This document shows positions 20,301 to 29,241 of a stretch of 58,649 bases of DNA, in pieces. A model generated the notes under the pieces. That model did no database searches, was not told the DNA's origin, and saw only the letters and a list, made by a program, of their open reading frames with translations. Both the position numbers and the translations under genes were made by a program. The DNA lies in IMG/VR virus record IMGVR_UViG_3300025103_000014, positions 1 to 58,649 of that record; one strand, given 5' to 3'. Numbering within the stretch: the first letter of the stretch is position 1; each line of letters starts with the position of its first letter. Source of the DNA: a virus (lineage: Duplodnaviria; Caudoviricetes).

Positions 20301-20669
20301 GACGCGATATGGCAGCGTATGGGTATGGGGGGTGGACTAGGAAAAGGTGGTGTGGGTGTTGCTAGGCAAGGGGCAGTTATGTCTGGTGGTGAAATGCAAA
20401 ACTTCGCAACAGGTGGTGTAGTCCATAGACCAACCATGTTCCCAATGGCTAATGGTGGGGTTGGCTTGATGGGAGAAGCAGGGGCAGAAGCAATTATGCC
20501 ACTTACTCGTCTGCCTTCGGGAGATTTAGGCGTGAAAGCCGAGGGCGGAGGCGGAAAAAATGTTATAGTAAACATGAACATAACCACACAGGATGCCGAC
20601 TCTTTCAGAAAATCAAAGAAACAGATTCAACGAGAGATAGGTAAAGGGCTTAGAAGTACAATAGAGTAA
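17334..20669 (+). CDS. Tape measure protein
   Basis: 1111 aa; TP901-type core (ARELGATTRFTATEA, GIKSSMAGTSLR); C-terminal GLMGEAGAEAIMPL. Confidence 0.95.
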   Translation: MTIGQTLMLKINAAAAAVGAKQFQGAAGTVSASALAAGKSVNTLGLNLRMLAGGFLGLYVIRDITKTMVDFERTMRTVKIVTRANTEDMKRMTTIARELGATTRFTATEAGEGMTFLARAGFEAADVMEMIPHTLNLATAAVIDLGAASDMVANTIHQFGLKAWETERVVDSLMNTANNANTDVFQLGNAMQYAGTFAGALGITLEETNAALGIMANSGIKSSMAGTSLRGVFAALIKPTDKAMRAIDALGLKADDVNPSIRTLEQVFHSLSEAGKKLGDTTDFAALMLQIFARRPVPGALALAKLNEEIGKSVALQKNLRGETARAAKEMDDTLFGSFKALRSAVQELWLSAGDGGLLGTMRVLSDVLVSTTRILGGMERKVDKYKDAAKALSIVIKILVVRLGALMILKVLHGLFLLVGGAVLLLTGRLKQLQVASAANWITALATAVALVAVAYQEWANHAKSVAEMQERIQDRTERVSDLNAQAIIAKGKVESIRILAQAYNVLKESVQDANNELVKEEAESTVGKTYQQIMGLSGGNTSLFNFKLPTWEGALFGGKGIEFPKGPKTEEFKSLQGAVKDAQGGLNEFIGVWQELSTKSEETWESLTKDVTDYTGLTQEQLKEIVVAGTELQALFAILEEKSVKEAMKGVTLAGGGSMINPNNLAELEALTETLIMIKRLIENMGGDGFTALEIEGQEEVMELGDKYTHLLHTINMTKEGLAKYNREQELATALKKADGAVTSDEVKRLKDLAADYENAVQLQSWLNDLVKTSIKAGKEKAKIAKEAQDLRDLEKTSMKQLASDMKFNNELLKLEKEGKEGWNLETEKMILKRQIDAATTHLAAAARQKLTDALMAELEVKQQLEKYDPADKIKELNELIKEQTMLNKDGALALEMYQLEQTALAEMGKDASQEQIDKVKELIAELGRLKKQNEGTKQEMLITNHQFAQTMTQSIMSVVKGAATLEEAFTGLIIKLMEMIIQAIILDAIWQRMGMGGGLGKGGVGVARQGAVMSGGEMQNFATGGVVHRPTMFPMANGGVGLMGEAGAEAIMPLTRLPSGDLGVKAEGGGGKNVIVNMNITTQDADSFRKSKKQIQREIGKGLRSTIE

Positions 20670-20674
20670 TAATC

Positions 20675-21721
20675 ATGTCATTTTATGAAATACAGTTTCC
20701 TGACAACATCTCTTACGGTTCTTCAGGAGGACCCGGATTCTCAACCACAATTGTGGGTCTTGATACAGGCGCGGAGCAAAGAGTATCAAGGTGGAGTAAG
20801 TCGAGAAGAAAATATGATGTCTCCTACGGCATAAAAACTTATGCGGATTTGCAGTCAGTTTTAGAATTTTACATGTGTGTCAAAGGTGCTGCGTATGGCT
20901 TTAGGTATAAAGATTGGTTAGACTTTACTACTGCAAACGATGGTCGTTCCACTTGTAGTTATGATGACGTACCACTTAAAACATATCAAGCAGGTGGACT
21001 AACAGGTGCGAACTTTACGGCGCAACTAAAAAAGCGGTATCAGCAATCACAGATTGCGGGTGGGGATACAACAGTTGTAACAAGGAACATTTTCAAACCT
21101 GTTCTAAATACTGTGCGCGTAGGTAAACAAGAAGATGGAGAAACAAGTGTCACAGAGATGGTTAGCGGGTGGTCAGTATCTATTCAAACAGGGGTGATTA
21201 CTTTTGATGACTACCCCGATGACGGGACTACTATTTATGCGGGATGTGAGTTTGATGTTCCTGTTAGATTCACAAAAGGAATGGATGACTTACTATCAAT
21301 TTCTCTGGATACGTTTGAATATGGTACAACTTCGGCAATAGACCTCGTTGAGATACTTGACCACGGAGAACATTATGATGAGTATTTTTATGGGGGTGCA
21401 GACACAATATCGTTTGATGCTGATATATCAATCGCAGTAACACAAGGAAGGGTGATTGCTCTTGACCCTACAGACAGTGGGCTTAGTGTTACACTTCCTG
21501 ACCCGTGGGCGATGCCTTCGGGGGGACCTTGCTTTTATCTTGCTAATATTTCTGGTACGTCTGTTCAACTTACTGATGCTAGGGACCCTGGTGACCACAC
21601 TGGGGCATCTAGTCAATTAGATTATGCGCTTTCTGGCAACACGACTATAACGATGTGGGTTGTTGAGTATTTGGGAGGCTCTAAAGAGTGGTTTGTCTGG
21701 GAAAGTTCTTTACCACAATGA
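20675..21721 (+). CDS. Distal tail protein (DUF2460 / GTA-like) with C-terminal extension
   Basis: F.E..FP..ISYGSSGGPGFST, GFRYKDWLDF and AGCEFDVPVRF motifs, then about 115 extra residues. Confidence 0.88.
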   Translation: MSFYEIQFPDNISYGSSGGPGFSTTIVGLDTGAEQRVSRWSKSRRKYDVSYGIKTYADLQSVLEFYMCVKGAAYGFRYKDWLDFTTANDGRSTCSYDDVPLKTYQAGGLTGANFTAQLKKRYQQSQIAGGDTTVVTRNIFKPVLNTVRVGKQEDGETSVTEMVSGWSVSIQTGVITFDDYPDDGTTIYAGCEFDVPVRFTKGMDDLLSISLDTFEYGTTSAIDLVEILDHGEHYDEYFYGGADTISFDADISIAVTQGRVIALDPTDSGLSVTLPDPWAMPSGGPCFYLANISGTSVQLTDARDPGDHTGASSQLDYALSGNTTITMWVVEYLGGSKEWFVWESSLPQ

Positions 21722-22224
21722 CTATTACTGCTAAAACATTCTATGGGGGTTACAGACAAATATACATTGATGGCGACCAGGTGGTGTTGACAGCACTAAG
21801 CAACAGATTTATTAGAATTGTTTCTGCCGCTTGGGGCGGAAAACTATATCTGCCTCCCGCTAATGTTCTCCCTATCATTCGGGGTGGGGCAATTTTTACG
21901 GTGTGGAATGAGGGGTACTACAACATAAAAGTAATGGATGCTGAAGACAATGAAGTGGGTTGTATACAAGGCACTTCACAGAGTACTCACGGTACACCTG
22001 CTTGTTGGACAAATATACACTTAATAGATTCCTCCTCTGCTGCGGGGTCATGGTTAATTCAATGTGGGGAATGTGTGGACGAACCCTCTACAGGCACTAC
22101 TGACACAGACTTCACCACCACTGGCGGCGGCGGGTCTTCTGTTGACCCCCCAACTACGACTGAGGAAGGTGATTGCACAGACCAGTGGGGGCATAATCTC
22201 CCCGCCCTCGACTGTTTGTGGTAA
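21718..22224 (+). CDS. Tail-associated protein similar to the Dit C-terminal extension, with a Thr/Ser/Pro-rich tail
   Basis: ATGA-coupled start; FYGG...LP...GG..F...N pattern shared with the Dit tail; EPSTGTTDTDFTTTGGGGSSVDPPTTTEE. Confidence 0.65.
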   Translation: MTITAKTFYGGYRQIYIDGDQVVLTALSNRFIRIVSAAWGGKLYLPPANVLPIIRGGAIFTVWNEGYYNIKVMDAEDNEVGCIQGTSQSTHGTPACWTNIHLIDSSSAAGSWLIQCGECVDEPSTGTTDTDFTTTGGGGSSVDPPTTTEEGDCTDQWGHNLPALDCLW

Positions 22225-22233
22225 GGTGTTGCT

Positions 22234-23271
22234 ATGGAGTTTACTTATTCTGTCATAATTCCTACTCACAACGAGATTCGTGACTTAGAGGTTACTGTTG
22301 CGATGGTTTGGGCGAGTGAACCACAACCACATGAAATAATTGTTGTAGATGATTGTGGCGATGATGGTGTTAAACATCGGCTTCGCTCATTTGGTGGTGT
22401 TAAGGTTGTTAAAACACCAGAACGATTAGGTCCGGGTGGAGCAAAACGCTTCGGGGCAAACATGGCAACAGGCGATATTATTGTGGTTATGGACTCTCAC
22501 ATGCGAGTCCCACATTCTTGGTTAGAGACGGTGGACAAAACTATAGATAGATTTCCTGAATCTATTTTCTGTTGTGGTTGCAAAAACTTTACGGGGGATT
22601 GGGTTGGTTGTGGTGCTACATTTTCACAACCATTGACGGGGAATAGACACGCATTGTTTTCTACACAGACTTGGAAAAACAGAGGTAATCCATTAGAAAT
22701 AGACCGATGCCCCTCTTTACTGGGTGGTTGTTATTTTGTACCCAAACATGTATGGGAAGCCCTTGGTGGGCTTAACGACTGTTTATATGGTTGGGGTTAT
22801 GAGGAACATGACCTATCACTTCGCGCATACCTTACGGGGTTTGATGTTCGTAGGCTTAACAATCTTGTTCTTTCTCACAGATTTCAGCGAGAACTTAAAG
22901 AACCTAAGAAGCCCTTTGTTGGGACACACGCAGAATACAATGCAATGGTTGTGGCTGCATGTATCTTTGAGGACGGTGTGTTTGAAAGGCTGTTCCACCC
23001 ATTCTACAAGCAGGTTGCTCCTGTCGCTGCTCTTCTTGCTTTTGAAGATAATTTAGACAACATAAATACTTTTAGAGAATTTGTCCAAAACAGACGAGTC
23101 TATTTTGACGAGGACTTGGTGAGTCTGTGTGATTTTAGATTGCCTTCCAAAAAACACCAACAACAAGTCACAGAACTTATTAAAGAGAAAGAGGCAGAAA
23201 ACACTTCCAAGAGGCGGAGACGGAACAGAAAGTGCATGGAGTGTTCAGAAGAAGAGAAGGTTAAGGCGTAA
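22234..23271 (+). CDS. GT-A fold glycosyltransferase with polypeptide GalNAc-transferase-like motifs
   Basis: SVIIPTHNE, EIIVVDD, ATGDIIVVMDSH (DxH), GG..F, LGG, WGYEEHDLSLR and SHRF motifs. Confidence 0.88.
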   Translation: MEFTYSVIIPTHNEIRDLEVTVAMVWASEPQPHEIIVVDDCGDDGVKHRLRSFGGVKVVKTPERLGPGGAKRFGANMATGDIIVVMDSHMRVPHSWLETVDKTIDRFPESIFCCGCKNFTGDWVGCGATFSQPLTGNRHALFSTQTWKNRGNPLEIDRCPSLLGGCYFVPKHVWEALGGLNDCLYGWGYEEHDLSLRAYLTGFDVRRLNNLVLSHRFQRELKEPKKPFVGTHAEYNAMVVAACIFEDGVFERLFHPFYKQVAPVAALLAFEDNLDNINTFREFVQNRRVYFDEDLVSLCDFRLPSKKHQQQVTELIKEKEAENTSKRRRRNRKCMECSEEEKVKA

Positions 23272-23272
23272 C

Positions 23273-24217
23273 ATGGCGGTAGTTTTTACTTCACAATTAA
23301 AGTCGCTTAATAATAATCTGGTTCATAGATATGCTACGTTGTGGAAACTAAGAAGAACCGATGGTGTAACCTTCAGGGTTACAGACCATAATACAGACAT
23401 CACGTTTCGAGACAAGGTGTACAGCGCGGCTTCGGGTTTTGAGGCATCTGCCACGCACCGAGAAGGGGGCTTCAATGAATCTAACCAATCGGCAAAAGGA
23501 ATGGTTGTCCTTGCAGATGAGTCTGGAATTACAGAAGATGATTTACGGGCAGGAAGATACAGAGACGCAGCAGTAACAGAATATCTTGTCGATTGGCAAT
23601 ATCCGTGGGTCAATGAGTTGTACAAGACACAATACACCGTCTCCAACCTTGGTTTTTACGACCAAGCGTGGAAGTTTGAATTAGTGGGGCAAACAAGGAT
23701 GCTTAACCTACCTACAGGGAGAACATTCACACGAAACTGTGGGCATGTGTTAGGTGCAAACCATCACACCGTCTATCGAAGAGGGACGGCAGAAGAACAG
23801 TTGGCGATGTATGTTCCTCGATGCGGGTATTCTTTTGATGGAACAACAATGTTTTTAACTACTGTCGCGGTGGGCGGTGTTGCTAGTAACCCAAGACGAA
23901 AGTTTAAAGTTGACGATGCTATTGGTAGTTCTGATAACTGGTTAAAGTATGGGGTGGCTCAATTCCTAACTGGAAATAACGCGGGGTTAAGATATGAGAT
24001 TGCTAAATCCCTCAAAGACGACAAAGAAATCACTACCTATCTTGACATGAGTTTTGATGTTGGAGAGGGAGATGAGGTAAGATTGTTTGCGGGGTGTAAC
24101 AAGACGATAAGTAATTGCAAAAACAAGTTTAATAATCTCAAAAACTACGGTGGGTTTCCTGATATTCCAGGTGTTGACAGGGCTATATTTATTCCTGACA
24201 ACAAAAATAGCATATAA
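23273..24217 (+). CDS. Baseplate hub protein (DUF2163 / BR0599-like)
   Basis: WKLRRTDG..F..TDH, ITEDDLRAGRY and AGCNKTISNCKNKFNNLKNYGGFPDIPG motifs; start placed at ATG 23273. Confidence 0.9.
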   Translation: MAVVFTSQLKSLNNNLVHRYATLWKLRRTDGVTFRVTDHNTDITFRDKVYSAASGFEASATHREGGFNESNQSAKGMVVLADESGITEDDLRAGRYRDAAVTEYLVDWQYPWVNELYKTQYTVSNLGFYDQAWKFELVGQTRMLNLPTGRTFTRNCGHVLGANHHTVYRRGTAEEQLAMYVPRCGYSFDGTTMFLTTVAVGGVASNPRRKFKVDDAIGSSDNWLKYGVAQFLTGNNAGLRYEIAKSLKDDKEITTYLDMSFDVGEGDEVRLFAGCNKTISNCKNKFNNLKNYGGFPDIPGVDRAIFIPDNKNSI

Positions 24218-24696
24218 TGGCTAGTATAACCAGACAAGACGTAGTAGACGCAGCAAGAACCTATTTAGGTGTTCCGTGGGAGTGGGGAGGCAGAAGAGGT
24301 TCAGGGACATTGGATTGTGGAGGTTTAACTCTTGCTATTATAGAAGATTTGGGGCTACAGGAGTTGATGCCTAAGTATGGTAGTGTCCCTACTTGTAAAA
24401 GAACTGTCGCAGCAGGGAAAACACACCCTAAAAGTATTTATCAAAAGTTTGTAAATGTTCCTTTTATTGAGATACCGAAAGAAGACGCAGGAATCGGGGA
24501 TGTTGAAGTATACTATATTCGTGAGAGAGATATTCCCTGTCACTGTGCTATCTTGACGGACAAGGGTATGATACACACCCATCGAGGAGCATTACTGAAC
24601 CACCAACTCGGTGAGGTGGTAGAAACAAAAAGAAGCACATTTTGGGATAAAAGGGTAATAGCCGCATTTAGATACCAAGGACTAAAGGATGGATAG
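24217..24696 (+). CDS. NlpC/P60 tail-associated peptidase, copy 1
   Basis: AARTYLGVPW..GGR, LDCGGL, HCAIL and IHTH motifs. Confidence 0.88.
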   Translation: MASITRQDVVDAARTYLGVPWEWGGRRGSGTLDCGGLTLAIIEDLGLQELMPKYGSVPTCKRTVAAGKTHPKSIYQKFVNVPFIEIPKEDAGIGDVEVYYIRERDIPCHCAILTDKGMIHTHRGALLNHQLGEVVETKRSTFWDKRVIAAFRYQGLKDG

Positions 24697-25150
24697 TCTA
24701 AAGCCCCGAATGGCTGTAGTTGAATCAGCGAGAAGGTTTCTCGGTCATCCGTGGGTGCTTGGTGCTAGTGGCTGTTCGGGCGAAGGTATGGATTGTGCAG
24801 GACTAATAACAGCAGTAATAGAAGATTTGGGGCTACAGGGGGCTATGCCTGAGTACAAACCCACTAGGACTAACAAAGAGGTACTTTTGCCTCACGAAGA
24901 CCCTAAAAGTATGCTGTCTCTGTTTAAATTGGCTTTTAAGACAGACATTCCTTTTAACAGTGCGGGGGTTGGGGATGTTGAAGTGTATTGCCTACGAAAC
25001 ACGGATATTTCGTGTCATTGTGCTATCTTAACCGATATAGGAATAATACACACCCACAGAGGAGTAGGCAAAGTTGTAGAAACCGAGAGATGTCGCTTCT
25101 GGAATAAGCGTAGAAAAGCGGTGTTTCACCTGAAAGGAATCGAGGACTAA
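24689..25150 (+). CDS. NlpC/P60 tail-associated peptidase, copy 2
   Basis: ARRFLGHPW, MDCAGL, HCAIL and IHTH motifs; clearly paralogous to copy 1. Confidence 0.88.
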   Translation: MDSLKPRMAVVESARRFLGHPWVLGASGCSGEGMDCAGLITAVIEDLGLQGAMPEYKPTRTNKEVLLPHEDPKSMLSLFKLAFKTDIPFNSAGVGDVEVYCLRNTDISCHCAILTDIGIIHTHRGVGKVVETERCRFWNKRRKAVFHLKGIED

Positions 25151-25152
25151 CA

Positions 25153-28100
25153 ATGGGTAGTGGCAGTCAATGGGGCATGATAATTGGATTTACAGTAGGG
25201 GCTATTATTGGTATAGCAACTGGCGGTGCGTTTTTTGCAGTTATGCAAGCCGCCGCTATTGGCGGGATGATTGGCGGAATCGCAGGTGGAATCATCGACC
25301 CAATGGATATGCCGAGCCACACTAGCACGGGGCAACGTCTTGAAGAACTACAAATCATGGGTGTACAAGAGGGGTCGGGGGTTACTAAAGCATACGGCGA
25401 CCAGATTCGATTGGGTGGGCAACTAATTGGTTGTGGACCTATTGTTGAGACTAGACACGTTACTGAGCAGCCCGATGGTGGTGGTGGTAAGAAATCCTTT
25501 TTGGCGGGTACGCCCATAAGAATGTCAGGCGGAACAGATAAGAGCATCGAGGATATTAAGATAGGAGATATGGTTCGCACAGCGAAGTTTGCGAAGTCAG
25601 GTGACGGAAAACTGTGTTTTAGAAACCAAAAAGTCACAAACACACTGACAGGTGAAACAAAAAGGGTATTAAAGATTTCAGGAGAAAACTTTTCTTTTTC
25701 ATGTACGCCCGAACACAGTGTATATGGACTAAAGCCAAATAGGGAAGCGGAGTGGTTTACTGCTGAAAGTTTACGGCAAGGCGACAGTCTTCTGTCCGAA
25801 AACGGATGGGTAGATGTAATTGATTGTGAGAGATTTGAACTAGAGGGTAAGACTTACAATTTAACAGTTAAAGAAGATGAAAATTATTTTGCTGATGGTG
25901 TTCTTGTACATAATGGTAAGGGCGGTGGTGGCGATGGTCAAGGAATTACAGAAGTGGTTTATTACACTTATGCAACAGACGTAATGTGTGCCATTTGTGA
26001 GGGTCCTCTTCGTAAAGTTAGATACATATACATGAACGGCAAGAGAAAATACAAAAATGTCACTACGGGAGGTATATCAGGTGGGGACTTTACACTCAAA
26101 TGGTGGGTAGAAATTACAGGAGGCACATGGAACACAAAAAACATAACAGTAATTGGACATTTGCGAGTAACACATACAGGCGGCGGGAGTGGGGACTTTA
26201 GTTCATTCTCGCCCGGCATGTACGCTGATTTTGATGGCATAGGGGCTTGTGCGGGTGGCATAGTAGATGCTGTCATCAATGCTAACACAATAGATGTACG
26301 AGTGCCTGTCTCTATTTACTATTACCAACAAGGCAACAGCAACTGGAGAGGATACTTCAGGGTTAGTGGACTTGGGAATACGGGGGCGCGTTGCCCCGCA
26401 GAAGGTCCTTATGTTAGCGGTCACGACCATCCAGGTGAGGCTTTGCACTTAGACAGCCGAGAGGATGCGGATGTACATGCCACACCTGATGCGTTTAATC
26501 CAAACCTTATGACTAGGATAAAAATATATATAGGGGACGATGGTGGTGATTCTGATTTTAGCCTTGGTTCTCCTAGCATATCTCACCACTACACCAACGC
26601 CAGTGCAGATTCACTTTTTCCTAGCGGGGGCAACTCACCTGCATATCGAGGAATTGCGTATGCAAGTATGCAACAACTTCAACTCCGAGACTTCGGTAAT
26701 CAGATTCCCCAATTCCAATTTGCGGTTGATGCCATACCCAGAGAAACAGAAATAAACGGAAACGCCCCAGGAAATGCGGCATACGCAACGCTCGGAATGG
26801 TTCTTGATTCGGTGCTAATTAGGCAAGGGTTCTTGAAGAAAGCAGGAATCGGGGGAACATACACGCCAGGAGACACAATCAACACGGACGAGTTTCAAGC
26901 AGTAAACGGAACAAATAGAGTGCGGGGGTTCACCTCAGCAGGAACTAAAACCGCCAAAGATATTCTATCTACACTTGTTCTTCGTTACGACTTGATGAGT
27001 TTTGAACGAAGTGGTGTTCTCTACTTTACTTCAAGAAACACTACAGCAGACAAAACTATTGACGTAAGTTTATTGGGGGCATCAACTGGCGATAATTCTA
27101 GTGTTCCTACTTTTTCACAATCAGATAAAGATGACTCTTTACTCCCGAACGAAGTTACTGTTGATTATTATGACGTACAAGACAACTACCAACGCGGAAG
27201 TCAAAAATCAACAAGGGCGATAACTGGTCTTCAAAGAACTACAAAAATTGATGTTGCAATGGGGTTAAGGTCTTATGAGGCACAAGAAATAGCCAATAGG
27301 GTCTTATATCAATCACATGCTTACAGAAAACGCTGTAGGTTTACTCTTCCTCCCTCGGAAATTGACATTCAAGAGAACGATTTACTTCTGGTGTCAGTAA
27401 AAGGCGAGGGGTATTCAGTTCGAGTGCTAGAATTAAGCAGAGGAGCAGACTTTACACATGAAATTGTTGGTCTACTTGAGGGTTCGGAATCTGTTCCGTA
27501 TGATGGCGAGGGAGACGAAGATTCTGTCGATATTGATGAGTACGTTCCGCCTATAATGAAAACTCTTGTGATGGACACTTCACCTTTACACGGGGGTGCA
27601 GTAACTTCGCCCTCTCATTATATAGTGTCTTGCACATTAACAGAAGACCAAGAGTTCACCTCGGCAGGTTTGTGGGCTTCAGATGAAAGTGACGGCGTGT
27701 ATTACCGAGGTCCTAATCTTTCAGAGGGCATGTTGGTTGAAGTTGATTCAAGTGTCAGCGATGGACCTACTGGCGTGTGGGACGATACAACCGAGATAAC
27801 TATAAAAGTTCTAGGACCCTTATCTAGTAATTCCCCCGCAAGTTCTAGTGAAGAGGACGCACTAAACGGGAAAAGCCTATTGTACTTGGAGGGTGAAATA
27901 ATTGGGTTCAGGGATGTAGAAGGAATAGGCGACCGCGAATACAAATTAAGTAAACTTATTCGTGGTATCAGAGGCACAGAACACTATATATCAACCCACA
28001 CATCTGAGACTTCTACACAACTCGGTGCTGTTCTTACTTATGCTGATGGTGGGCGAGTGGCTCCTGTTCTCTATTCGCCAGAGAAGATAGGGGAAAATAG

Positions 28101-28599
28101 ATACTATAAAGCAGTTTCCGAGGGGGCAACGGTGTCTGATACATCAATGGTTGGTAAACACATATATGGAAATTCCGTTAAGCCGTTTCCTGTGGGGGGG
28201 ATAAAGGGGTATAAAGACGGTAACACTGACGATTGGATAGTAGATTTTGTGCGAGGGGACAGGGCTATTTTTAATCTCATCTCTGCCACAAACACACCTA
28301 ATACTGACAACACTGAAGTGTATGTTGCAAATATATATGACCCTTCAGACCTCGGTACAGTTGTTCGCACACTTAACAGCAATGAAGATACTGATGATGG
28401 TTCGGGAATTGTGATTACGCAGTACAACGTAGATAATGAAACAGAGACTCATCCTCGTCTTACTTATAGTATTGATGACCAAGAAACAGATAGCACAGAC
28501 GCATTAACTTCTATTGTTGTTGAAATATATAAAGTGGGCGAACACATCTCACAAGGCAAATATACACAACACACAATTACCAATACAAGGAAATACTAA
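25153..28599 (+). CDS. Central tail tip / host-specificity protein (GTA gp15 / gpJ-like) containing a Hint domain
   Basis: YG..RLGGQLI, AICEGP, PAYRGIAY...L.DFGNQIP, LPNEVTVDY.D and L.KLIRG.RGTE motifs. Confidence 0.9.
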   Translation: MGSGSQWGMIIGFTVGAIIGIATGGAFFAVMQAAAIGGMIGGIAGGIIDPMDMPSHTSTGQRLEELQIMGVQEGSGVTKAYGDQIRLGGQLIGCGPIVETRHVTEQPDGGGGKKSFLAGTPIRMSGGTDKSIEDIKIGDMVRTAKFAKSGDGKLCFRNQKVTNTLTGETKRVLKISGENFSFSCTPEHSVYGLKPNREAEWFTAESLRQGDSLLSENGWVDVIDCERFELEGKTYNLTVKEDENYFADGVLVHNGKGGGGDGQGITEVVYYTYATDVMCAICEGPLRKVRYIYMNGKRKYKNVTTGGISGGDFTLKWWVEITGGTWNTKNITVIGHLRVTHTGGGSGDFSSFSPGMYADFDGIGACAGGIVDAVINANTIDVRVPVSIYYYQQGNSNWRGYFRVSGLGNTGARCPAEGPYVSGHDHPGEALHLDSREDADVHATPDAFNPNLMTRIKIYIGDDGGDSDFSLGSPSISHHYTNASADSLFPSGGNSPAYRGIAYASMQQLQLRDFGNQIPQFQFAVDAIPRETEINGNAPGNAAYATLGMVLDSVLIRQGFLKKAGIGGTYTPGDTINTDEFQAVNGTNRVRGFTSAGTKTAKDILSTLVLRYDLMSFERSGVLYFTSRNTTADKTIDVSLLGASTGDNSSVPTFSQSDKDDSLLPNEVTVDYYDVQDNYQRGSQKSTRAITGLQRTTKIDVAMGLRSYEAQEIANRVLYQSHAYRKRCRFTLPPSEIDIQENDLLLVSVKGEGYSVRVLELSRGADFTHEIVGLLEGSESVPYDGEGDEDSVDIDEYVPPIMKTLVMDTSPLHGGAVTSPSHYIVSCTLTEDQEFTSAGLWASDESDGVYYRGPNLSEGMLVEVDSSVSDGPTGVWDDTTEITIKVLGPLSSNSPASSSEEDALNGKSLLYLEGEIIGFRDVEGIGDREYKLSKLIRGIRGTEHYISTHTSETSTQLGAVLTYADGGRVAPVLYSPEKIGENRYYKAVSEGATVSDTSMVGKHIYGNSVKPFPVGGIKGYKDGNTDDWIVDFVRGDRAIFNLISATNTPNTDNTEVYVANIYDPSDLGTVVRTLNSNEDTDDGSGIVITQYNVDNETETHPRLTYSIDDQETDSTDALTSIVVEIYKVGEHISQGKYTQHTITNTRKY
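25495..25914 (+). other. Hint (intein-like) domain, 140 aa, without endonuclease
   Basis: Block A SFLAGTPI, KSIEDIKIGDMV, block B CTPEH, block F/G TYNLTV...NYFADGVLVHN; the next residue is Gly. Confidence 0.9.
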
Positions 28600-29238
28600 A
28601 TGACAACAGTAAATCTAGGCTTACACCTATTGGCGGCAAATCAGGGGGGTGCAGAAGTTACTTTCAATGAAAGCATGTACAAACTCGATGCAGTTGTTGG
28701 GTTGAGTTTCAAAACAACAGAATCCGACCCAGACAATCTAACTCCCGCAGCAGGAGATGTTCACTTGGTAGGGGATACTGCGGAAAACGACTTTGCGGGA
28801 ATGGAGAAACACATAGCATACTATGTGTATAACCAATGGAAGTTTATTCCACCAAAAGAGGGTCTTCGTGCTTGGGACGAAGAGGACCTGAAATACAAAT
28901 ACTATGATGGTACGTCATGGGAAGATTTGTATGGAACAAAATCAACAATCTCAGGGCATATATCTAGCCCTGTAGATAAGGATTACTGCTTAGAACTCGT
29001 GGCAGCCAAGGATTACAAACTAATTAAACTGTATGCGGTGATGGGGTCGGGTACATGTACGGTGCAACCTACAATTGACGGAGCAACTAGTCCTTCAACG
29101 CTGAATGTGACTGATGCTCTTGATTCTGTTATTTATCTCTCAGGTTTGGATGTGGAGGCAGGAGAGAAATTAGAACTTACAGTAACCAATAGTAGTACCC
29201 CCATGGATTTACAGTTTTCTTTTGAGACGGAGTTTTAA
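28600..29238 (+). CDS. DUF2793-like tail fibre protein 1
   Basis: L.LL.ANQ...EVTFNE....LD, P.AGD..LVG and W.FIPPKEG.RAW motifs. Confidence 0.8.
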   Translation: MTTVNLGLHLLAANQGGAEVTFNESMYKLDAVVGLSFKTTESDPDNLTPAAGDVHLVGDTAENDFAGMEKHIAYYVYNQWKFIPPKEGLRAWDEEDLKYKYYDGTSWEDLYGTKSTISGHISSPVDKDYCLELVAAKDYKLIKLYAVMGSGTCTVQPTIDGATSPSTLNVTDALDSVIYLSGLDVEAGEKLELTVTNSSTPMDLQFSFETEF

Positions 29239-29241
29239 TAA

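Noticed and set aside
17402-20587. Long minus-strand ORFs opposite the tape measure gene, and similar shadows elsewhere
   Set aside because: Antisense shadows of well-supported genes, with no recognisable motifs
22234-23271. Glycosyltransferase as a DNA hypermodification enzyme
   Set aside because: It lies in the late tail operon and no base-modification genes (hydroxymethylase, thymidylate synthase-like, kinases) were recognised; not formally excluded
25495-25914. Canonical mobile intein with homing endonuclease
   Set aside because: Only 140 aa, no LAGLIDADG/HNH motifs, and the +1 residue is Gly
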